Shown one piece after another: positions 43,227 through 57,514 of a DNA stretch of 64,000 nt. Every line of letters begins with the position of its first letter. The stretch's first letter is position 1. Where the stretch lies: the NCBI GenBank assembly GCA_012295275.1, contig CM022667.1, forward strand, positions 13,950,001 through 14,014,000. The letters are read 5' to 3'. The position numbers and the translations under genes are program-made. Source of the DNA: Chrysomallon squamiferum. Taxonomy: Eukaryota > Animalia > Mollusca. The notes beneath the pieces were generated by a model that had not been told where the DNA came from, searched no databases, and saw nothing but the letters and a program-made list of their open reading frames with translations.

Positions 43227-45350
43227 AGACGTTCGACGTTAGTGTTTAACATTTTGGAAGTCATTTTGCATAGAGTTAAACGTACCGCAGTTATCTTTCA
43301 TTTTCAATTTCACAATATTTATATTTCCAGTCAGATCATCTTCTTCAAGACAATCAGTGTTTATTGCACAACTCATCATTTTCTGGGCCAAGCTGAAGTG
43401 TAGTAAATTTATTATTATTAATTATATGAAAAAAACATCGAGTTAAAGTGATGATATTAGATTTGTAAGATTGCGAATGAAATTAATAATAAAAAAAATA
43501 TATATATATACAGGGTGTCCCAAAATTAACCGAACCGCAAACTTACATAAAATTAGATATTAAAAACAACAAATTTAATATGTATATTTAGTATTTGCAA
43601 ATGTTCTAAATGTCTACCTTGAACTTCAGTACAATCACGACACCTTTTGACAACACTGCGACATACTTTTTGGCAAGTTTCCACTGAAATTTGGTTCCAT
43701 TCGTGCTGAATACTTTGTTTCAGTTGATCAGTGGTCCTAGATTTATTAGCATAAACTGCGTTTTTTAGAACTCCCCATAGAAAGAAATCAGGTAGGTGTC
43801 AGATCCGAGGATCTTGCAGGCCATTCAATTGGTCCACGGCGTGAACAGTATTAACATGAACAGTATTAAAAGACTGCATCACAGACGTCCGCATTGTCGC
43901 GGTGAAACAGAAGTCTCGACCATGAAGAAGACTACAATCAGGTAACAAAAATCATTCCAAAGACTGACAGAAGTAAATGAATAGTACAAAAGATAACATA
44001 AAATGACATAAAAGATGGAATTAAATTTGTTATTTTTAATATCTAATTTTATTTAAGTTTGCGGTTCGGTTACTTTTGGGACACCCTGTATATATATATA
44101 TATATATATATATAAACAAAATGTGTTCATCTATGTAGACCTATATAGAAAATATATCTGTAAAAACAGTATTAATAAATAAATACATTTTACATTAAAA
44201 AAAACCCCAAAACCAACAACAACAAAAAAACAAAAACACACGAAAAAACAGACAAGCGAATGAATGAATGAATGAATGAATAAATCTACTATAGATTATT
44301 TTCGTTCGAACGTACACACAAATCTCAGGTTTGGTCAGTTCCTCGGTTTCGATTTTCTGCGCATATTCATCGCCGCATTTTCGGATTTCAGTTATGTTAC
44401 AGTCACAGAGAGCCAAGTGTATTGTTACTGAAATAAATTCGGAACTATAGTTTTGCAAAACTGTCATTAGAACTGTGACCGATCATCAGAACGTGGGATT
44501 TAATAGAATTAGCAGTTTAAAAAATTCTTATTGAAATTATGTGAATATTTGGTGTGTGTCTGTGCTTTTGTCCACCGTTATATATATATATATATATATA
44601 GGCATTTCTAGGACAGACAACGGCTAAAAAGAAAAATATTAGACCGTGATGTACCAGAATCTCTGCAACCCAACGTAATCTAGTTGGTATTGGCGTTCAT
44701 ATGTATGTATGTATGTGTGTATGTGTCTATATATGTATGTATGTATATCTATCTATATGTATATTACACAGTTATCAAAGAAGTATACTGTTATGAAATT
44801 GTAATGTTTTTTTTTTTATTAAATTCGTTACTAAACGTCAAAACATTTAATATAAATAATTATTAATTAGCACTTAACTAAAATATAACTGAGAATGAAA
44901 ACTGAAATAACTACAAATAACTGTATCTTTTAAATAAATATTTACATTTAATGCACAAAATATTTTGTTTGACTGCAGTTATTGCTACAGTATTTATCTT
45001 TTGTTATTACAAATATTATATATAAATAAATAAATAAATAAATAAATAAATATATATATATATATAACTACACACGTACATATATACAACAGATTTCGTA
45101 AAGACTATACTGTTGTGGATATATATCTAAAAACACATTGCGTTGTCTTTCTTGTTTTAAATACACATATATACACAGATACACCTGTATCACGTACACA
45201 CAACTAATTTCATAAAGTATATACATCTACTGTCAGTTTTGGGGTTTTGGGGGTTTTGTAGGTATGTATGTGTGTATGTGAGAGAGATTTGAATACAACA
45301 TACAATTAAATTTCACCTGATGAAATGCAGATAGCGAAGAGCAGCTTCAT
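42639..45350 (-). CDS. Member H: 122-aa six-Cys protein (GC-AG intron 4)
   Basis: Exons 45350-45317, 44427-44316, 43392-43286, 43093-43055, 42715-42639: MKLLFAICISSVTIHLALCDCNITEIRKCGDEYAQKIETEELTKPEICVLAQKMMSCAINTDCLEEDDLTGNINIVKLKMKDNCAGDEISLDPQSSKGEHQTRRSVFSMWIGVMIALVILDK*. Confidence 0.88.
43511..44088 (-). mobile_element. Internally deleted Tc1/mariner element (578 bp) in intron 2 of H
   Basis: About 69-bp TIRs beginning CAGGGTGTCCCAAAA, flanked by TA. The minus strand retains a frameshifted transposase C-terminus, WPARSSDLTP/DFFLWGVLKNAVY...GRHLEHL. It is absent from the homologous TA tract in E, F and G. Confidence 0.9.
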
Positions 45351-46761
45351 TTTTCTGTACACCTAGAGAATATTTGTTAGTAAATGTGAGTTCGACAAAC
45401 GACTAACTGAATATCCATAATTTTTTAATGTTCCAAATAACGTGAAATAATTCGAAAATAATAATCTTGCAGTTTAGACTTGTGCTTTGTCGGCTGAGGT
45501 TTTGCTTTTTCTTTTCTTCTTCTTGTGACTTTGTTTTTAACGAGAATTAGTACGAAAAGATAAAAAAAAAAAGAAGATAAAAAATGTGAATGTTTTCTTC
45601 TCTTTCGTATTAGTAGTACATCTTATAGACAACCATGTTCAATAATAATTCTTCTGATAAGAAGTAAATATAAACATCGAGAAAATAATAGGTTAAAATT
45701 TGTTTTTACATGTAAGAAAAGTTAATAATAAAAATAAAATCATAAACATAATAATAATATTAATAAAAACTATGTACTTTACCGTTAAAGTACGTTCTGT
45801 ACTAAATTACGTCATTTCCTATCTTAGTTTTCAAAAGGTTAAGGTCGTCAAACGTCACCACTTTGTTATATTTATTTCTTTCCATTTTTCAAAACAAAGA
45901 AATAAATAAAAATTTAAAAAGAACAAAGGAAAAGAAAGAAAGAACTAAAATGAAATAAATGAATAAAATGAAATAAATGAATGAATGAAATATATAAATA
46001 TACACCAAAAAAATAGATGTCTATTTAATATTTTTAATATGTAATGTTTAGTCCGTCAAACACAATGACAGAAGTGGGTTTTAAGAACTAGGGTAACGCT
46101 GAAGGCCGTGAGGCTGAGAATTGGATGGAAAGGGGTAGACACTGTAAATCGCTCCTTGAGAAATTATTGACTTGTCTGTTGTCTAGACTAACTGTGGCCT
46201 CTCAAAGCAATTTCTGTTTCAAGAAGATCCTATAAAAAGTTATAAGTTAGTTGTGGGCCCCAACATTTTGGCATGTTTTCGGTTTGTGTTTGTCTGTATA
46301 TAAATGTATAATCGTATGAAACGTTATGGTCTACCCATTTCCATTCTACTACTGGAAATGTATTTTATTTAAGAATATTTACTATTGAAGGTGATCACGT
46401 GATATTTAGTCCAGTATCTAACTAAAGAAGTAAGAAAATGTACAAAGTATGGTTATGAAGATTTGAAACTCTGGAGATATTTTCTGTCTACCTGCTAAAT
46501 GATACGGACAGAGATATATAGCTAGATTCGGATATACAGCCTTATTAAAACACTTTGTTAAATGAATGATTCTGCAATTACATAATGAAAAGTCTTGTAA
46601 CAAAGTTTTTAAAATACACTACAACAAATGCTGTTAAATAGTAACATTCTTCTTTATTTTCAATTTGTTTTTTATTTTTAAATTGTTTTACTATTATTAT
46701 TTTTGTTTACAGTTTGTCTTTGAAGCTTATACGCAGACGTTTTGTTGAATGTCTATTTTGT

Positions 46762-48968
46762 CTATATGTTTAAAATGACGAGCGCGATCATTACTCCAAT
46801 CCACATCGAGAACACAGATCTGCGTGTCTGGTGCTCACCTGCAAAACAAACATTAAATCAGTTAATATGTAGTGAATCATTTTAATGTTGACGCTTGTTC
46901 AGGATCAAGTAAAACTTAATATCAGCTTGCTATAGATAGGAAAGCCAGCACTACAGGCATGTCTAGAACAGACAACGGATATAAAGAGAAATATTAGACG
47001 TGTGATGTACCAGAATCACTGGAACCCAACGTAATCAAGGTGGTATTGGCGTTCAGTGTAACATGTTGAAAATGTCAAGAGACAGCAGTGTTTAATATAC
47101 AATTACCATAACTATGAGGATAACATAACCAGTTTTAGCAAATTTCAAAGATGTTTTCAAATCCGTCGGAACATAATAACCCCTTTAAACGCTTTTTTAT
47201 ACGGTTGATCTTAAATGCAATTACACATAGCAACCTACGGTTCATGTAAAATTTAATTTAAATAAATGTGATCCTTAATAATGAAAAATTTGGGAACCAG
47301 ACCTAACCAGACGATTCAAGTAGAAATCAGGTATCATCGAATGCAACATTTATAACCCAGCTGTAATAATTATAACGTAAACTTAACACGTTTAGCTGTC
47401 CTATACGTACCAGCGTTGTTAAACATTAAAACTTTGTATACATTAAAAACTAGCTTTTCATATATGAAAAATTATATTTCAGGAAATACATGTAAAACTT
47501 ACCTTTACTTGATTGAGGATTAAGCGAGATTTCAGAATACCCTGAAATATTATCAAGAATTTGTTATATGTACTTAAACACACACACAAACACACACACA
47601 CACACACACAGACACACACAAACGCAGTAATAGTATCTTTAACATATCACTGTTATGAAAGGATGGCGTTCATTGTTAAACATTCGACTATTTTCATATT
47701 TCGATTCTCGTGAAAGTTGTGTGCGAGCGTCTACTGAAATTTAATGATTTCCGTAGCTGAATCTTATTATACTTTTCAATACAGAGACACTGACAGAAGG
47801 TCTCCGTGTATGCTGTTATATACTAACTAAAATTCCACGGTTTAACTAAAGATACATGAATTACAAGTCTCTTTTCAAATATTTACCAATCGATTTGTGT
47901 TGAAATGGATTAGTGATTTAAAATATTTTATGTAGATTCATGTGGACTGAACTCACTGAATACATAAGCAAACATACCGCACACTTCCTTCGAAAACTTC
48001 TGCAGGCTTTTTATAGTAGTTGCAACCCGTTGATCTGCCATACAAAATGCGTCGCTTATACAACTTGCCATTTTCTGTGTGTAACTGAAAGATACGCATT
48101 ATTTTCATTATTGATTTAATGACAGAAACATTAAGTTAATGAAACATCAGACTGGATTATAAAATAGGCGTGCAAAATTTATGTATGCATATATGTATGA
48201 ATACATAATATATATGTACGTATGTGTGTAAGTGTGTGTGTGTGTGTAGTCGTATTTCTTTGTGTGCATGTGTGTGAACTGAATACGTGTGTATGTTGGT
48301 GTGTACAAGTACTCAAAAAACAAAAAATTATAATAAGACAAATTTACAGGGTAAATACAGTCGTATGTATATTTAGCAGATACGAATTATACAGGCTTTG
48401 TAATTTTCTTTTTTTGTTGTATCTGTACTACCAAACCACAGCAAACAAAATATAAATGTTTTTTAAATTAATAAATAAACAGACAAACAAACAAATAAAC
48501 AAATTAATAAAGAAAGAAAGACAGAAACAGAAATAATTGAAATACTAATAAACTAGGTGATTTTGATATAAACTTACTAGCATTTATCGTCGTTGGTTGT
48601 AGATTGTAGGTTTATTTCCGTTTTGTATGTTTGTTCACACTGGTTAACTGTTGGAAGATCACAGTCTTGACAAAAAGCCAAGTATATTGTTGCTGAAAAT
48701 GGTAAGTTTTGTATCAGAACTGTGGAGTTCAGAACATTCGATATAACGTAGTTATGAAACTGTTATTTCTAAAGTTTGACATTAATTTATTACATTTCGA
48801 ATATATTTTTTTTCTTTTCTTAATGTCGACACATTTGATAAAAATTATAAGAATTAGGTTCAGATTATACTATCATTATTGAAAATAATCTTAACAATTA
48901 GATTTAGAGTTTTGTCTTGCAGACATAGGAAAGTACATAACAGATTTTGATAAACTATAATAACAAAA

Positions 48969-49008
<40 letters not shown>

Positions 49009-49135
49009 AAAAATATATATATATAAAAATACAAATTAAAAAATATCTATTTTTTTACTATTTGTGTTCATGTTTAAAAGTAATAAAAAATAATACTTTA
49101 CCTGAGAAAATACCGAAAGCAAACAGATTCTTCAT
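46762..49135 (-). CDS. Member I: 123-aa six-Cys protein
   Basis: Exons 49135-49102, 48692-48578, 48084-47978, 47541-47503, 46838-46762: MKNLFAFGIFSATIYLAFCQDCDLPTVNQCEQTYKTEINLQSTTNDDKCYYTQKMASCISDAFCMADQRVATTIKSLQKFSKEVCGYSEISLNPQSSKGEHQTRRSVFSMWIGVMIALVILNI*. Confidence 0.9.
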
Positions 49136-49206
49136 CTTATTGCGTGCCTAGAATATGAATACATGTGGAGGGATAAATGGATGGATATGATATGTGTGTG
49201 TCTGTA

Positions 49207-49274
<68 letters not shown>

Positions 49275-49855
49275 GCTACGTCACTAACATTGTTTAAACT
49301 ACCCAAAACTGACGTCACAAAACCCGAGCCAAAATGTTAATCGTTACTGCAGAGCATCGCAGCTAATTCAATGATTGTTGCACAAAATCGTCTGTGGATT
49401 GTATCGTGTGCAACACTTTGACTTGTCTTTCTGCGAAATTTTTGTCTGAATAATAAGTACTAACGCCGATGTGCTTATACTTTTCCTTTCTTTATTTCTT
49501 TTTTTTTTTACAAATATTGTCAATGTACAAAAACTATACGTGTAAAATAATACCATACCTTTTTCTAAATTAGAAAAAAACAAAAACAAAAGAAAACCAA
49601 CATACCAAAAAGCAGACGTTCACTGTTTGATGACGTCGGCTGCTACGTCATTTCTTGAGTTCTAATATACATACACATATACTCGACGTAGACAGAACAC
49701 AAACCTCGCCTTCGAAATTCTTACATTCTGAATCCATTATCGCACAACCATACGGACTCGACGGCGATTCCAACATGAAAAATAGTTTCAATCCATATGT
49801 AGTTGGTTTCCTCTGTTAAAGAAAAGCAAAAAAAAAAAAAAAAAAAAAACTTTAG

Positions 49856-49901
<46 letters not shown>

Positions 49902-49929
49902 CAAATTAATAATAATAATAAAAAATACA

Positions 49930-49963
<34 letters not shown>

Positions 49964-50336
49964 CAAAAAACAACAACAACAGCAACAACAAAACAAAACA
50001 AAACATGTAAACTCAAAAGCTATATTTATTAATAATTCGCTTGCAAAAAAATACTTTGAACTCGAAATTTTTACATGAACATTGTTTTGTGTTTTTGGTG
50101 AATTTGGCAAATTGTGTATTGCGATGACACACCTCGAATCAGCCTTTTTCGCATCCCTCGGGTTCGCGGAGTTTGACTAAGTTCCACGAAAAACATTAAA
50201 TGGATTTCTCCACAGAGAACATAAGTTTCTGTGACTTAAGATTTTAATGTTAAAAAATCGGGATGACAACTGTAAGCTGGTTATAATTATTTTATTTTTA
50301 AATCGAGAAGGTTTCGATTTGTATTTAATTATTACA

Positions 50337-50391
<55 letters not shown>

Positions 50392-51123
50392 TTAGAAATA
50401 CGCAGGCTGTTTTGTTTGAATTTTACAAGGTCAAATAATTGTACAGATAAACTATGATAATATATATCAAGGTATTCAAGCTTTTTCATAAAATGCTGAT
50501 TTTTATTGTCAAATAAGTGGATTGTATAGTTTTTAGATACTGACAAACCTTATCTAAAACTGATATTATCAGATATCTAAAGTAAATACGAAAAGTTTCA
50601 GTGAAGTGTTAAACTAATTAATTAATAAACTAGTAATACTACTACTACTACTACATTAATTAATAAACTAGTAGTAGTACTACTACTACTACTACTACAA
50701 ATAATAAAAGTATAAACAATAAGTCTCTTTATTTTCATACAAACAGTTGTCTGTTAGAAAATATTTGTGATATTTTTGGGCAAGATGAAATCTTGTAATG
50801 CCCCAAGTTCATACACAAGTGTCAATTCTGGGAAATGTCTAAGAATAAAATGACAACAATCATGATCTCAGAATATAAAAATTTATTATTAAAACAAAAT
50901 AAAATAATAATCATAAAAAAGCTGCTAAAAGTCTCATAAAATACGCTGTAACAAATTATGATAAATAGCAACATTAATGTATTTTTAAAGACAATATAGA
51001 TATCGAAATTTATAATAGAAGACAATACGTTAATTATTCTTATATATTTTTAAACTTATATTTTTACAGTCTTTAAGGCTCAAACACAATCTGTTTGTTC
51101 AATGTCGATTCAGTCTATCTGTT

Positions 51124-51968
51124 TCACATGGCGAGTGCGATCATTATTCCAATCCACATCGAGAACAGAGATCTGCGAGCCTGGTACTCACCTGCAAAAC
51201 CAAAGTTATTAAAGATCCAGTAAACATTAATATCAGCTTGCTATATACAGGCAAAACAGTCCTTCAGGCATTTCAACTTACAAGAGCAGGCAATGGATAT
51301 AAAGAGAAATACGAGTCCTTTGATATATACCAGAATGTCCGTATCCCAACGTCATCAAGTTGGTATTTGGAGTTCTTCGAAATGTTGACAATGTCAAGAG
51401 ACAGCAGTGCTTTTTTTTTTTATATACAAATACCACAACTATGTGGATAACAAAACCAATTTTAGGAAATTTCAAAGATCTTTTCAAATCTTTGGTAACA
51501 TAATAATTGTTTTAAACGCCTTTTTATACAGTATTTCTTAAACATAATTATACTGATTTTGAGAATATTTATTCATAATAGCCTGCGGCCCATCTGAAAA
51601 TTAATTTAACTAAAAGTGATCCTTAACACTGAAAATGTCTGTGAACCAGACCAAATCAATCGATCGATACAGAAATTAGGTAAGATCGAATGTAACATTT
51701 ATAACCCAGCTGCTCAAATTCCGCCAACGGAAATCGGAAATGACGTAACAAAGAAAAACAAAACGTTACCAGCATTGATAAACTTTAAAGTTTTCATTAG
51801 ATTAAAAACTAACTTTTCGTACACAAAAACATGTAGTTCAGTAAATATACGTAAAACTCACCTTCATTTGTCTGAGGACCAAGCGAGATATCAGTGTCCT
51901 CTGAAATATTATTAGAAAGTTCTTATATGTACTTGAACACATACAACACAGTCACACACATCTCCAAC

Positions 51969-52026
<58 letters not shown>

Positions 52027-52973
52027 CGCAGTACTAGTATCTTTGACATATCACTGTTATCAAATGATAGCGTTCATTGTCAAACATTCGACTATTTTCA
52101 TATTTCGATTCTTGTCAAAGTTGTCTGCGATCGTCTACTGAAATTAATCATTTCCACAGCTGAAGTCTTATTAACTTTTCAATAAAATCTTCCCAACAGC
52201 GACAGAGACAGGTGATCTCCCTGAATATTCTTACGCTGCATAAATGACACGGTTTTTCGCTTAAAATATATGAAATTTTAAAGTCCAGTGATTACTAAAT
52301 CGATTTATTTTGAAATAGATTAGCGATTTAATAAAAAATTTCGAAAATATATTATGCAGCTTCACGTGGATTCGGATATTTAACTCTCTGGAAATATTAT
52401 GTACTTAAGCAAACATACCGCACACACGATTCATGTATTGCTTCAGTTTTGTTATTTTAGGCCTCGTCATTTCATCTTTTAAGCAAAATCCTTCCACTAT
52501 ACAGCCCAACATTTTCTGTGTGTAACTGAAAGATACCAATTATTTTCCTTATTTATTTAATGACAGAAACATTGTCAATGAAAGATCATTTCATGAAATA
52601 GCCGTGCGAATATATGTATGAATATATGTATGTATAAATAACATGTGTGCATTTGTACGTATACGTATGTGTGTAGGTGTGTAAACAAACACGCACATAC
52701 GAGCTCACACAACTATTCAATAACAATTAATTAAAATAAGCAAAATGTATCTTGAAAGCTTATATCGAAAGTAATCCCGATTGTCGATTTTTCCGGTTTT
52801 CTGTGCCAAGACTAAATAATATACATGTATATTTAAAATGTAAATACAGTCGTATGTGTATTTAGCAGATACGGATTAATACAATTATAAAGCTTTGTTT
52901 TATTTTTTATTTTTTTTTCCAAACAACAGTAAACGGTATATAAACGGTATAATATTTAAATAAACTAACAAAG

Positions 52974-53025
<52 letters not shown>

Positions 53026-53031
53026 AAATAC

Positions 53032-53065
<34 letters not shown>

Positions 53066-53757
53066 GAAGAAAGAAAGAGAAGTAATTAAAAGACTAATAA
53101 ACTAGGTGATTATGATGTAAACTTACTAGCATTTACTTATGTCGTCTGAAGATTCTAAGCTAAGTTCCTGTCTGTATGTTTTTTCGCAATGATTAACAAG
53201 GTCATGATTACACACTTGACAAAAAGCCAAGTTTATTGCTGCTGAAAATGTTAATTTTTTTAAATTAGAACTGTGGAGTTCAGAACATTCGATATAACGT
53301 AGTTATGAAACTGTTGTTACTAAAGTTTGACATTAATTTATTACATTTCGATTTTTTTTTTCTTTTCTTAATGTCGACACATTTGATAAAAATTATAAGA
53401 ATTAGGTTCAAACTATACTATCATTACTGAAATTGTAATCTTAACAATTAGATTTAGAGCTTTGTCTTGCAGACATAGGAAAGTACATAACATATAATTT
53501 GGCTGTTTCAGATTTACACATTATAAAATTATCACTACAGTGTTTTTATTTAATTATTGCTTATGATGCTTACAACATCTTTTGATAAACTATAATAAAA
53601 AAAAAAAATAATAATAAAAAATAAATCAATAAATCAATAACAATAAATAAATAAACAATAATGTCACGGAAAACATAACTGTTTGTGTTTATGTTTAAAA
53701 GTAGTAAAAAAATAATACTTTACCTGAAAAAATACCGAGAGCAAACAGATAATTCAT
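51124..53757 (-). CDS. Member J: 120-aa six-Cys protein (stop 3 codons earlier than paralogs)
   Basis: Exons 53757-53724, 53241-53127, 52525-52419, 51900-51862, 51191-51124: MNYLFALGIFSAAINLAFCQVCNHDLVNHCEKTYRQELSLESSDDISKCYYTQKMLGCIVEGFCLKDEMTRPKITKLKQYMNRVCEDTDISLGPQTNEGEYQARRSLFSMWIGIMIALAM*. Confidence 0.87.
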
Positions 53758-53833
53758 TTTATTGTGTGCCTAGAATATAAATACATACATATGTATCTCT
53801 GTGTATCTATAGATGAATGGATTGATGGGTGTG

Positions 53834-53867
<34 letters not shown>

Positions 53868-55759
53868 CAGTGATTACGACAATAACATTGTTTAAACTAC
53901 CCAAAACTGACGTCACAAAACCCGAGCCAAAATGTTAATCGTTGCTGCAGCTAATTCAATGATTGTTGCACAAAATCTTCTGTGGATTGTATCGCGTGCA
54001 ACACTTTGACTTGTCTTTCTGCGAAAGTTTTATCTGAATAATAAGGACCACAGCCTCGATTTAAAAAAAAAAAAAAAAATTATATTTCGATTTTATTGAA
54101 AGAAAGTTTCAGTTTTTGTTGTTATCAGCCGCGGATTTTTATCTGAAGCGTATTAAAATAATTCTTTTCAGGTTAGCGTGAAATCTACAGAAGAGAATAT
54201 GCTTCAAATCAGTACCCCCTACCCGAAAAAAGTGCACTTTATAGCTATCTGGATATTGAAGTAACTTGACCTTTGAACACCAATGTCAGGTTTATGGAAT
54301 CTCATCATTTGATTGACTTAAACCAATGTTTACACAACCCACACACTTTCTTGTTGATTGTTTGTTCTTTCATTGTGGGCGGTTTTGAAAATAAAATGAC
54401 ATTTTACTTTATTAGTACAGCCTATGCTATAGCTAAACAACTTTAAAGTTTATCACTAATTTTAGTTGTGTGATCACACGTCTTCGGATGGATGGTGAGT
54501 CTTTTAAACAGCAAAAGCGAAATATTTCGAATGACGTCATTGTTTATATATTACCTATTTAGATCTGTGGCTTCTCAATAGAGGTTTTATCGATTATGTG
54601 ACTACGGCATATTAAAAAAGATATTAGCAATAAGAACAAATCATAGAAAAAAACCCAGATCAAAACTGCAAGATACTTGAAAAAAAAAAAATACTAGTTA
54701 GAAATTACATTGGTTAAAGTATAGAAACCATAAGTGTAAAACAATAGATACCTTATTCGACTGTGTATAAAAAGTATTTAAAAAAAAAAAGAAAAAAAAA
54801 ATACGATCATACCAAAAAGCAACCGTTTATCGTTTATTGACGTCTACTATTACGTCATTTCCTGACACCGCAGTTCTGATAACGCGGAGTTTACACATAT
54901 ACTCGACAAAGACAAAACACAAAATCTCGCTTACGAAATTCTTACATTCTGAGGCCATGAAATATAGTTTCAGTCTTTGTGTAATCGGTTGCCTCTGGTA
55001 AAGAAATGGTCTTGAATTCTCTGAACTACGCGACGAACATGAAATCCTGCCAGATTTTGACAAGGTGCCCGCTGCTTTGGACGAATACAGAACAAATTAC
55101 ACAGGGAAAAAAATAACCTATATAACGGCACTGCAGAATACAGGAATATTATAACGCTTGGCAATTATTTTTTAGGAATTATACGATTAAAATTACATGT
55201 ATTATTTTCTAGCATACATGATAATATTTGTCTGTTACAGAGGTAATGAGCAAACGTTCTTGTTGATGTTGTTGTTGTTTTACTTTTTGGAATGATATAA
55301 TTAAAAATCGATATGGCAAAGAATCAACAAACGTAGAAAAAATGTTTTTGATTTATAACAGTTACAAGTGTTTTCATTTTTCATACAAACCTTTGTCCAT
55401 TAGAAAATATCTGTGATGTTTTGTCCAATATACAGTCTAGTAATGATCCGCGTTCATACACAAATATCAATTCTGGAGAGGGTTTAAGGATAAAATTGCC
55501 ATGATAATGATCTCAGAATATAATAATTTATAATTAAGATAATAATAATTAAAAAAATAAAAATAAAAAAAATAAAAATAAATAAATAATAAATAAATAA
55601 ATAATTAAAACTGAAACTAAACCTTAAATAAAATGTAATAAAATAAAATAAAATAAAATAAAATAAAATAAATATTTGGTGGTTCATGTTAATGCTGACG
55701 ATTATTAAGAATTAAGTGAACCCTACTATCAACTTGTTATAGAGAGGAAAATAAATACT

Positions 55760-56060
55760 ACCTGCATTTCAAATGACAAGAACAGGCAATGGAAAGCAAG
55801 AGAAAAATCAGTTTTGTGAAGAATACTCTCTAAATAGTTTTTGAACATATAACAATTCAGACAAAAAAGAAGATTTTAAAACATTTTTGTATCTGTTATT
55901 GAATTAATTTTATTGGATCAAGTGAACCTTAATACGAGCTTGCTATAGACAGATTTGGATGTGGATTCAAATAATATATTCGCGATCATCATTTTGAACA
56001 AATAGAATGAATCGACATTTAACAAAACGTCTGCGTCTAAACCTCAAGGACAGCTTTTGT
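55760..56060. pseudogene. Scrambled family relic: minus-strand intron-4 pieces fused to a plus-strand tail-exon/3'UTR fragment
   Basis: GGATCAAGTGAACCTTAATACGAGCTTGCTATAGA (intron-4 homolog, minus orientation) is followed directly by ATGTGGATT...CGCGATCATCATTTTGAACAAATAG...GTCTAAACCTCAAG (exon 5 and UTR, plus orientation). Confidence 0.65.
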
Positions 56061-56855
56061 TAATAAAAAAATAAAAAATAAATAACTAAATACATTAAAT
56101 TAAATTAAATTTAAAAAAAAATAATAATAATTAGCTTATTCTCTATGTTTAAAAATAAATTAATGCTACTTTTTATCAGCACTGGGTATAGTGTTATTTT
56201 AAAAAAGTTGTTACAAGACCTTTCATCATGTAAACTGCTGAATCATCCATTTTAGTCACTTGAAATAGAACACGAGCATATGTGCAGTTTAAGGACTGTT
56301 GGAATAAAGGTGAATACTTTCATCAATCTATCTATTTATTTGTCTAGTTTTTTTTTCTGTCATATTTTCGTCTTCTTCTTCTTCTTATTATTATTATTTT
56401 ATCCTCCTTGAACATGATCAACACCTATCATGCTTGGTGCAGTAATCTCACAGAGTTGTTTGATAATGTCAGAATATATCGGTTTCAGACTCCGCCATCT
56501 TTGCTACAAGCTTCGTCCCACGCATATTTACTCAAAAATTCATTAAATAGTTGAATAAATGAGCTTTTACAATATGTCAGTAAAACATTAAAAATGTTCG
56601 AGCCTTTTCCAAGAAATAACTGGCTAAAATTTCATCCGGATTTCACAGCGCAGAAAGCAAGTTAAATTACGTGTACAGAACTCGTTAGATTTCTTTGCAC
56701 GTAACAATACCTGGTTTTCAGTAGACACAGCTCGGCCATGTCCGCTCAAAATATCGATCAGGCGCGTGAAAGCTTCGAAATAGCTCACAGTTTCAGAAAT
56801 TCATAAAAAAAAAAAAAGAAAACAAAATATCAAAACAAAAACAACAACAGATAAC

Positions 56856-56907
<52 letters not shown>

Positions 56908-56984
56908 TAAATTAAATTAAAAAAATAATAATTGCTATTTGAAACTTCATGTTTTTAGAGATAATTGTTTTGTTCTTTTTTAAA

Positions 56985-57023
<39 letters not shown>

Positions 57024-57449
57024 TTTAATAATGATGCAAAATATGAGGAAAAAAAAAAAAAAAAAAAAAAAAATTAAGCATCTTGTAAGTGTTTCCAAAT
57101 CCAGTTTGGAATGCCTATTTAAATTTATTACTTACTATTTATATATTTTTGTAGCCTCAAAATACTATGATAACGAAAAACTCACATCTAAGTATACACA
57201 AATCAAAGACATTTACCAATAGGCTTAGCAGGTTTTTTCCACCTGGGGTCTAACGAGTATCTGGGGGCCTAGTGAAACTCGTTTGCTGTACTTCATGTGC
57301 TGTCAAATTTGATTATTCTTTAAGTTAACTGCATTTCTTTCATTATTTCAGTATATAAGATGTTCATTATATAAAACTAATTTGATTAAAAGTAATGAAT
57401 TGTTACATTCTTATTTCTTTCATTGTACTATTATATTATCACACACACA

Positions 57450-57514
<65 letters not shown>

